Positions 57,690 to 64,000 of a stretch of DNA of 64,000 bases are shown one piece after another. The notes under the pieces were generated by a model, which searched no databases, was not told where the DNA came from, and saw nothing but the letters and a program-made list of their open reading frames with translations. A program made the position numbers and the translations under genes. Source of the stretch: Candidatus Binatia bacterium (GTDB taxonomy: Bacteria > Desulfobacterota > Binatia > HRBIN30). The DNA lies in the NCBI GenBank assembly GCA_046327925.1, contig JAXLXM010000001.1, positions 462,390 through 526,389 on the forward strand, read 5' to 3'. Position 1 is the stretch's first letter. Each line of letters begins with the position of its first letter.

Positions 57690-58901
57690 GATGAGCACGT
57701 GCCAGCGTCATCGGAAAGTGTCAAGCAAGCGGTTGTCCTATGGATGGGCGCCGAGGACGGTATGTACGAGGTCTCGGGCCTGCGTCTGCCCTTTTTTCTC
57801 GGTGGGGCACAAAAGAGCATCGCCGAGAACATCAAGATCCTACAGCGCGACTACGCAGTGACACTGGCGTTGATGGGGCTGCGGCGGGTGCCGGACGGGT
57901 GCCGTGCCCCTGGAGTGCGGATCGTCCCGATCCCGCCGCTGTTCAGGGCGGCGCTGCCCTCGGCCAGTCTCCTACGGACCCTGGGGTGCGCATGTCCCTT
58001 CGGCCTGCCCGGATCCCGACGCGAAGCCGGCCTCGTGCTCGTCCACAGCCACTTCCTGTCGGCGGTACTGTGCAGGCTGCTGCTGCCCAGATGGCGAGTC
58101 TGTGTGGTCATCGAGGGCCGTTTCCGCAGCCTCGCGTGGTCCCCTTATGTCCCGCTCGCGCTACGCTGCATCTACTTCCTTCTTGCACTGCTATCGGTCC
58201 TCATCGTGAACCGGGTAGTGATCGACAGCATGCAGACCTGGCCGATGACGTCGCGGATCCGGCGGCTGCGCCGCAAGACCCGCTATGTTGCGAACTCAGT
58301 GGATCTAGATCTGTTCCGGCCCGAAGGCCGGCGCTGGCAGCCAGCGCCGCTACGCCGCGGTGCTACCGCACGCGTGCTGCTTTACGTCGGACGGCTCGAC
58401 TTCGAGGTGCAGAAGGATCCGGGACTGCTCTTCCGAGCCTTTCGCGCGGTGCGCGAGCGTTACCCGGAACTCCACCTCGTAGTGGTGGGCGTCGCACGCC
58501 GGCAGTTCCGCACGTTGCTGCGGCGGCACAATGGCGGACGCCGCGAACACGTTCACCTGGTCGCCCCCCTCGCCAATGACGCCCTGCCCCGCGTATTCCG
58601 CGGGGCGGACCTGACCGTGCTCACTTCGCGCTATGAGGGTACCCCGTACGCGGTGCTCGAATCGCTCGCTTGCGGCACACCCGTGGCGACCACCCCGGTT
58701 GTCGAACCTGGACTCATTGAGGACGGCATCAACGGCTTCGTATCGCGGTGCCATACCCCCGAGCGGTTCGCGGACGCGCTCGCCAGGGGACTGGAGTTGT
58801 CGGAACGCTTACGCCAAAGGGGGGGACGCGACGGCCTCCTCCCCTCCCGCTACCGCCTCGCCATGCGCGCGGAGAACCTGCGGAGAGCGCTCGCGACCTG
58901 A
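57681..58901 (+). CDS. Family 4 (GT-B) glycosyltransferase, opposite strand to its neighbours
   Basis: C-terminal part of ORF 56745..58901, ATG 57681 or 57744. VLLYVGRLDFEVQKDPGLL, LTSRYEGTPYAVLESLACGTPVATTPVVEPGLIEDGINGFV. Confidence 0.8.
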   Translation: MLHDEHVPASSESVKQAVVLWMGAEDGMYEVSGLRLPFFLGGAQKSIAENIKILQRDYAVTLALMGLRRVPDGCRAPGVRIVPIPPLFRAALPSASLLRTLGCACPFGLPGSRREAGLVLVHSHFLSAVLCRLLLPRWRVCVVIEGRFRSLAWSPYVPLALRCIYFLLALLSVLIVNRVVIDSMQTWPMTSRIRRLRRKTRYVANSVDLDLFRPEGRRWQPAPLRRGATARVLLYVGRLDFEVQKDPGLLFRAFRAVRERYPELHLVVVGVARRQFRTLLRRHNGGRREHVHLVAPLANDALPRVFRGADLTVLTSRYEGTPYAVLESLACGTPVATTPVVEPGLIEDGINGFVSRCHTPERFADALARGLELSERLRQRGGRDGLLPSRYRLAMRAENLRRALAT

Positions 58902-59855
58902 CGAATGCTCCTGTGTCAGGGCGCGCTCGCCGGCGATAAAGCCCGCCACCCAGAAGCTGTGGAACAGCACGAGAACGGGGGAGAGGATCAGGATCTTTGC
59001 AAAGCCGATCCACGACAGATTCCGCAGCTCGTGCCAAAGCAGGTGCCCGAGCATCAGCACCGGTGCCCCGATCATGAGGACCGGCCAGCGCATGACCCAG
59101 CGGCTACCGGTCTCCGAACAGCGACGCCAGCGCCAGCCGCCAATGCCGAGCTGATACTGGTAGCGGGCGACCCGACGGAATCCACGCTTGTTCACGTGCC
59201 GAACCACCGGCACTGGGGAGTAGCGCAGCGTGCGGCCGGCAGCGGCCAGACGGTGATTCACGATCACGTCCTCGCCCAGGCCGGAAACGAATCGCACCCC
59301 GTTGAGTGCGTCGCGGCGATACCCCGCATTCGCGCCCGCGAAGAAGGGCCACCCGCGACGCGTGCACCTCCACCGTCGCGGCAGCAGGCGGCAGAATTCG
59401 AGGTAGTAATTCACCGTCCCCGTCAGGCTCCAAGGCGTGCCGTTCTCGATCGGCCCGCCAACGGCGTCGGCCTCCTCCAGCCCTTGGGCCAGCAACCGGA
59501 CCCAATCCGGGGGAACCCGAACGTCGGCGTCGGTGAACAGGATCCTGCTCCCGCGGGCGTAGCGCAGGCCCAAGTTGCGGGCCGCACCACAGCTCAGCCG
59601 GCCGTTGCGCCGGACCAACACCACGGAGGGGAAGCCATCACGCACGACGCCGGCAGACCGGTCAGTGGAGCTGTCCACCACGACGACCTCGTAGGGCAAG
59701 GCGACGTCCTGCCGCAGCAGAGAGGTTAGGGCCGCGGCGATATGATCCTGCTCGTTGTAACAGGGAAGAATGACGCTCACGACCGGTGCGTACGTCGCGG
59801 CGGCACACCCTCCCGGAGCGCTGCCCACCCTCACCCGATCACGGTCTACGATCAT
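58809..59855 (-). CDS. Family 2 glycosyltransferase (membrane-associated)
   Basis: ORF 58809..59894, ATG 59855 or 59894. VSVILPCYNEQDHIAAAL, VVVVDSSTDRS, ILFTDADV, C-terminal TM helices. The last ~30 aa overlap the convergent gene and look like read-through. Confidence 0.82.
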   Translation of the reverse strand: MIVDRDRVRVGSAPGGCAAATYAPVVSVILPCYNEQDHIAAALTSLLRQDVALPYEVVVVDSSTDRSAGVVRDGFPSVVLVRRNGRLSCGAARNLGLRYARGSRILFTDADVRVPPDWVRLLAQGLEEADAVGGPIENGTPWSLTGTVNYYLEFCRLLPRRWRCTRRGWPFFAGANAGYRRDALNGVRFVSGLGEDVIVNHRLAAAGRTLRYSPVPVVRHVNKRGFRRVARYQYQLGIGGWRWRRCSETGSRWVMRWPVLMIGAPVLMLGHLLWHELRNLSWIGFAKILILSPVLVLFHSFWVAGFIAGERALTQEHSSGRERSPQVLRAHGEAVAGGEEAVASPPLA

Positions 59856-59871
59856 GCCAGGCAAACCGCCC

Positions 59872-60426
59872 TCAGCCTGAAGAAGCCGGGCCATCGACGT
59901 CTGCGTCGAGGCCAGGCGAGGCGGCCGCGCTCAAGGACTGGAGGAACGCCGCCGCCACACCAGGACTCTGAAACTCGAACGCCGCCAGATGCGGATACCG
60001 CATTTGCATCCGATGCACCCGATCCCGCCATTGCCGGCCGCGGTCAGCGATTCGCGCAACCCAGCCGAGCCGTTCCAGGACGAGCCGCAATGAACGACCT
60101 TTCCGGCGACGAACCCAGCACAGCGTACGCTTGAGACGGCGCCAGAATATCGTGTGAACGGGGTAGTTCAGCAGGATGACGGTCGTGGCTCGCGGCCAGG
60201 CCAGAGCGAGAACGTTGCGGCGGTTTCCATCGAGGACCCATTGGCTCCTGCCGACCGATTGCGCGGCACGCTCCGGGAGGTCCTCGATTTTATTGTCCGC
60301 CTGCCGACGTAGCGCGTCGACTTCCACGTGCGGGACGGCCAGGATGACGGCGAGGCGGCGTGCGAACGTGGTCTTTCCCACCCCACTTGGGCCGATCACC
60401 AGAATACGCGCCGGATCATACTTCAC
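59872..60426 (-). CDS. P-loop NTPase, adenylate-kinase/topology-modulation-protein-like
   Basis: ORF 59872..60558. Start proposed at GTG 60426 (VKYDPARILVIGPSGVGKTTFARRLA). WVLDGN motif. Confidence 0.65.
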   Translation of the reverse strand: MKYDPARILVIGPSGVGKTTFARRLAVILAVPHVEVDALRRQADNKIEDLPERAAQSVGRSQWVLDGNRRNVLALAWPRATTVILLNYPVHTIFWRRLKRTLCWVRRRKGRSLRLVLERLGWVARIADRGRQWRDRVHRMQMRYPHLAAFEFQSPGVAAAFLQSLSAAASPGLDADVDGPASSG

Positions 60427-60845
60427 GGCGCGCCAGCGACTCCCATCGTGTCGGTTGGTGTTCTCAGGTCCGGCGAGCACGTGCGCACCGGCCACCGATG
60501 GCGCCGCTACGACACCACGGACCGCGGCGGCAGGTTCAACGTGTTCGGTCCTTGACACTCACGTCACACCCCTACGTGACCGACGCTCACTTACGTCAGT
60601 TCATGACGTGGGTCAAGCGACAAACGGCCGGAGGATACCACACCCGTAGCGACTCCGCTGACGCAGTCTTGCGGAGTATTTCTCGCCGCCAACAACCGAC
60701 GAGGATGCCGACGCCCGACGCTCGAAGTTTGCGGCGGACACGGACGGCTTTTCTACTTCTTCGACGGACGAGAGCCGCGTGGTGTTCTCCGGCGATTCCA
60801 CGATCGTACGGCACGGCGCACCGGGCAACGTCACCGCGGATCTTC

Positions 60846-61295
60846 CTAGCTACCAAGCTTCGTCTTTAGATACTCGCCGATCAAGAGTGCCGTTGGATAC
60901 AGCACCTGCTCCTCGGTCTGTGTATGCAAGACCAGCTTCTCGGCAAACCGCTCGTACTCTCGCTTGCGCTCCTGCTTTGCCGCGGCAGCGAGCTCCTGCA
61001 GCGCGCCTACGATCGCTTTGTGCTCCTCCAGCATCTCGGCAAGCTCCGCCTGCAACCGATCGGTCATCGCCAGGGCGTCTCGCATCTCCGGCGTGATTTT
61101 CCCTTCCGCCAGCGCGGACAGCAGACCGAGCGGCGGTAAGGCGACTGCCTCCTCTTTCACAAAATGGGGATGCAGGAGCTTGGCGACCGCTTGTGCAGCA
61201 CTTCCGATCCTGCCGGCCGCTTTGGTGGCCTTCGCCAATTCTACGTGAAGCTCCTCATGCTCCAGTACCAACGGCAGCGGAATCCTGAATTCCAT
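60846..61295 (-). CDS. Hemerythrin-like domain protein
   Basis: 149 aa. His/Glu spacing LEHEELHVEL, HPHFVKEE, EEHKAIV, LHTQTEEQVLYP is typical of hemerythrin-like metal sites. Confidence 0.65.
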   Translation of the reverse strand: MEFRIPLPLVLEHEELHVELAKATKAAGRIGSAAQAVAKLLHPHFVKEEAVALPPLGLLSALAEGKITPEMRDALAMTDRLQAELAEMLEEHKAIVGALQELAAAAKQERKREYERFAEKLVLHTQTEEQVLYPTALLIGEYLKTKLGS

Positions 61296-61372
61296 ACCCT
61301 GTCCTCCTTACGCGATGCGGCAGGTACTCCCGTGCGCCCTTACCGGCTGTAGCCAGCCCCGGGGGGACGCCG

Positions 61373-61987
61373 CTACTCGGTGTGGGCCGCGGACACCTGC
61401 TCTTGGTGGGACGGACCATGTGCGGGCGCCTTCGTCGCCTCGTAGATGTGCTCCACATAGTGAAGGTAGGAGACGTAGGCTCGCACATAGGTCCGGCCCG
61501 CCTCGACATCGTTCTTATCGAAGGTTTTCTTGGCGTTGGCTGCGGCGAAACGTTCGCGCACCCCATGCTGCACGGCGTCGGTGAGCAGCGTCACCAGCCG
61601 CTCGTCGGTTGCGTGTTTCAGCGCGGTGTCGGCCGCGGAGATGGCGGGCCCCAGGTCTCGCCCAGCCGGCTTGAGACCGGTGTACGGGGCTCCTTCTCCA
61701 GCGCGATGCACCCGAACGAGGGTCTCGAAGAAATACCTATCCGCCAGTTCCTTGGCCTCAGGGTTCAGCTTTCGAACCGCAAGCGTTTGCTCGAAGGCCT
61801 TCTTGATGTCCGTCTCGTCTCCCTTCTGCACCCAGATGAGCACCAGGTTGACGTTGCCGGAGTCCAGCGCCGCACGCGCAGCCGTGACCACTGGACCATC
61901 CAGACGGTCACAGTGCGCGAACACCGGCGCGGGGCCACACGCGAGAATCGTCAAGAGAGCAACTGTGCGGACGAGCGATACCTTCAT
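61373..61987 (-). CDS. DUF6448-like exported protein
   Basis: 204 aa. Signal peptide ending VFA, then HCDRLDGPVVTAARAALDSGNVNLVLIWV, the N-terminal signature I associate with DUF6448 proteins. Confidence 0.55.
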   Translation of the reverse strand: MKVSLVRTVALLTILACGPAPVFAHCDRLDGPVVTAARAALDSGNVNLVLIWVQKGDETDIKKAFEQTLAVRKLNPEAKELADRYFFETLVRVHRAGEGAPYTGLKPAGRDLGPAISAADTALKHATDERLVTLLTDAVQHGVRERFAAANAKKTFDKNDVEAGRTYVRAYVSYLHYVEHIYEATKAPAHGPSHQEQVSAAHTE

Positions 61988-62015
61988 GATCCTTCCTCCT
62001 TCGCCCGGGTAGTTC

Positions 62016-64000
62016 CTATGCCGTGGACCGGGGTTGCGGCAACACGGCGGCGCCGGTGCGCTTGGCGGCTGGCGTGCCTACCAACACCGGGCGGCCAATA
62101 CGCCAATTCCGAAGATCTTCGAACAGCGAGTAGGCCACCGGCGTGAGCAGGAGGGAAATCAGCAGGCACAGGCTCTGGCCACCCATCACCACGATGCCGA
62201 TCGAACGGTTGGTCATGTCCCCCTCGCCGCCCGAGAACACCAGCGGCAACATGCCCGCGACCAGCGAGATCGTGGTCATCAGAATCGGGCGCAAGCGCTC
62301 GCGGTTGGCGCGAATGATGGCTTCGGACATCGGCAGACCTGCGGCCCGCAGCCCGATGGTATGGTCGATCTGTAGAATGGCATTCTTTTTCACTACGCCG
62401 AAGAGCAGCAGGATGCCGAGGGCGCTGAACATATTGAGGGTCGCACCGATGGCCAGCAGGGAGATCAGGGCGAACGGAAACGCCAGCGGCAGGGAGAGCA
62501 TGATCGTGATCGGGTGCAGAAAGCTCTCGAACTGGCTCGCCAGAACCATGTACATGAAAATGATGGACATCAGGATCGCCAGTTGGAAACCCTCACCGGT
62601 TTGCTTGATCATCTTGCCATATCCGGTCACACCGGTGTGGTAGCCGGGCGGGATTTCGAGCTGTTGGACCCGCTTGTCGATCGCCTGCAGTGCGTCTCCC
62701 AGTGGGTAGCCGGGCGCCATATTCGCCAGCATGGTGATTTGGCGTTCCCGGTTGAGCCGATCGATCTCGGCCGGCCCGGTCCCGCGCACCGTATCCACGA
62801 CGCTGTCGAGTCGTACGCGCCCGAGCCTGGTCGACGGCACGAACAGTTGCCCCAGACGCTGCGCATCGGATCGATCCGCCTCCTCTAAGCGCAGACGCAC
62901 GTCGTAGAGATCGGTTCCGTCCTTGAACTTGGTCACCTTGTCGCCGTTGACCATCGTACGTAAGCTCAAGGCGATATCGGCCGGGGCGACCCCGAGATCC
63001 GCAGCCTTCGCCCGATTGATACGGACCTGGACTTCAGGTTTTCCGGGCTCTGACGTGCTGTCGATATCCACCACCCCCGGGGTCGTCGCCATGACGTTAC
63101 GCACCTGATCCGCCAGCTGTTCGAGGCGGTTCAGGTCGGGGCCGCGGATGTTATATTGCACCTCGGCGGAGCGCATGCCACCGCCGGAGAGGTACGGGAT
63201 ATTGTCCACGCTGGCACGAATCTCCGGGTAGCCCGCGACGACCCCACGCGCCTTCGTCATGAGGTCATACTGGCTGAGCGAGCGCTCCTTCATGTCCTTC
63301 AAGACCGCCGTGATCTTCGCCTCGGTGACCGATTCGGTTTCCACCGATCCGACGGTGACGGTTACATGCTCGACGCCCGGGAAGCGCCGGATTTCGTCCT
63401 CCACCTCGTGAACGACCGCATCCGTACGCGCCAGCGTATACCCCTGCGGGGTCTTGATGTTCACCTCGAAGCCGCCCTCGTCGTCGGCGGGCATGAAGGC
63501 GGTCCCGACAAAGGTAGCGATGAGCGGTATCGAGCCGATCGTCAACAGCGCGGCGAGCACGACCGCCCAGCGATGCGCCATCGCCCAGCGCAACAGTGTG
63601 GTGTAGCCGTGGTCGATGTGGCGGAAAATCCACAGGTCGCGGGATACCTGCCTGCGCATGTCGTGCCGGAGGAAGCGCGAGCACAGCATCGGCGTGAGGG
63701 TGAAGCTCACCACCCAGGACACCAGAATGGCGCACGCCATCGTGACGCCGAAACTTTTCAGGAAGGCGCCGATCGTCCCGGGGATGAACGCGACCGGCAG
63801 GAAGATGACCGCCAACGACAGGGTGGTGCTGCTGACCGCGAGGCCAACCTCCGCGGTGGCCGCGCGCGCGGCCTCGAAGGGCGACATGTCTTTCTCTTCC
63901 ACGAAGCGGAAGATGTTCTCCAAGACCACGATGGCATCGTCGATGACGATACCGACCGCGAGCGTCAGCGCCAGCAACGTCATCCAGTTCACCGTGAAGC
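62016..64000 (-). CDS. RND efflux permease (AcrB/CzcA family), C-terminal ~660 aa; gene continues beyond the right edge
   Basis: ORF 62016..63992 stays open to base 64000 (..FTVNWMTLLALTLAVGIVIDDAIVVLENIF). Second TM bundle ILLLFGVVKKNAILQIDH. Confidence 0.92.
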   Translation of the reverse strand, partial: FTVNWMTLLALTLAVGIVIDDAIVVLENIFRFVEEKDMSPFEAARAATAEVGLAVSSTTLSLAVIFLPVAFIPGTIGAFLKSFGVTMACAILVSWVVSFTLTPMLCSRFLRHDMRRQVSRDLWIFRHIDHGYTTLLRWAMAHRWAVVLAALLTIGSIPLIATFVGTAFMPADDEGGFEVNIKTPQGYTLARTDAVVHEVEDEIRRFPGVEHVTVTVGSVETESVTEAKITAVLKDMKERSLSQYDLMTKARGVVAGYPEIRASVDNIPYLSGGGMRSAEVQYNIRGPDLNRLEQLADQVRNVMATTPGVVDIDSTSEPGKPEVQVRINRAKAADLGVAPADIALSLRTMVNGDKVTKFKDGTDLYDVRLRLEEADRSDAQRLGQLFVPSTRLGRVRLDSVVDTVRGTGPAEIDRLNRERQITMLANMAPGYPLGDALQAIDKRVQQLEIPPGYHTGVTGYGKMIKQTGEGFQLAILMSIIFMYMVLASQFESFLHPITIMLSLPLAFPFALISLLAIGATLNMFSALGILLLFGVVKKNAILQIDHTIGLRAAGLPMSEAIIRANRERLRPILMTTISLVAGMLPLVFSGGEGDMTNRSIGIVVMGGQSLCLLISLLLTPVAYSLFEDLRNWRIGRPVLVGTPAAKRTGAAVLPQPRSTA

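Overview
High-GC bacterial chromosomal window from a diderm-type organism (TonB-dependent receptors, OmpA-type domain, SecDF, RND pump). I found no rRNA, tRNA or CRISPR array. All family calls come from motifs I recognise by eye, since no searches were possible. Layout: (1) 1-15.5 kb is an outer-membrane uptake and hydrolysis region. It holds two intact TonB-dependent receptors (one carrying a C-terminal OmpA-like domain), a 44-codon relic of a third, two DUF1214-like exported proteins, a large alpha/beta-hydrolase-like secreted protein and an arylsulfatase. (2) 10.5-38.9 kb is an almost unidirectional minus-strand catabolic supercluster. It contains eight family-III (CaiB/BaiF) CoA-transferase domains in six genes, two of them tandem-domain fusions. 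It also holds an AMACR-like racemase, a three-subunit acetone-carboxylase-like ATP-dependent ketone carboxylase, an OYE/2,4-dienoyl-CoA-reductase-like flavoenzyme, an SDR, two luciferase-like (F420-type) oxidoreductases, a deazaflavin-dependent reductase and an XdhC/MocA/CoxG maturation trio. (3) 20.2-22.4 kb, wedged inside that cluster, is a decayed mobile island. It consists of an integron-integrase-like pseudogene, a DUF2442 gene, mazEF, a 5'-truncated antisense group II intron butted against the mazF stop, and an orphan Phd-type antitoxin. (4) 39-49 kb is housekeeping: M20 hydrolase, crcB-DUF190-usp, mutM, rsmA, secDF, a MarC-family gene, enoyl-CoA hydratase, GST and a ComEA-like gene. (5) 49.4-60.4 kb is a candidate sulfated glycoconjugate locus with an ABC exporter, three sulfotransferases (one Stf0-type), five glycosyltransferases and a P-loop NTPase, many with 1-4 nt start/stop overlaps. 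(6) 60.8-64 kb has a hemerythrin-like protein, a DUF6448-like protein and a partial RND permease. Many long ORFs in the supplied track are antisense or out-of-frame shadows typical of high-GC DNA and were not called. The most interesting items are the integron-like relic with its group II intron, the CoA-transferase/ketone-carboxylase supercluster, the TBDR-OmpA fusion, the tandem CoA-transferase fusions and the multi-sulfotransferase glycan locus.
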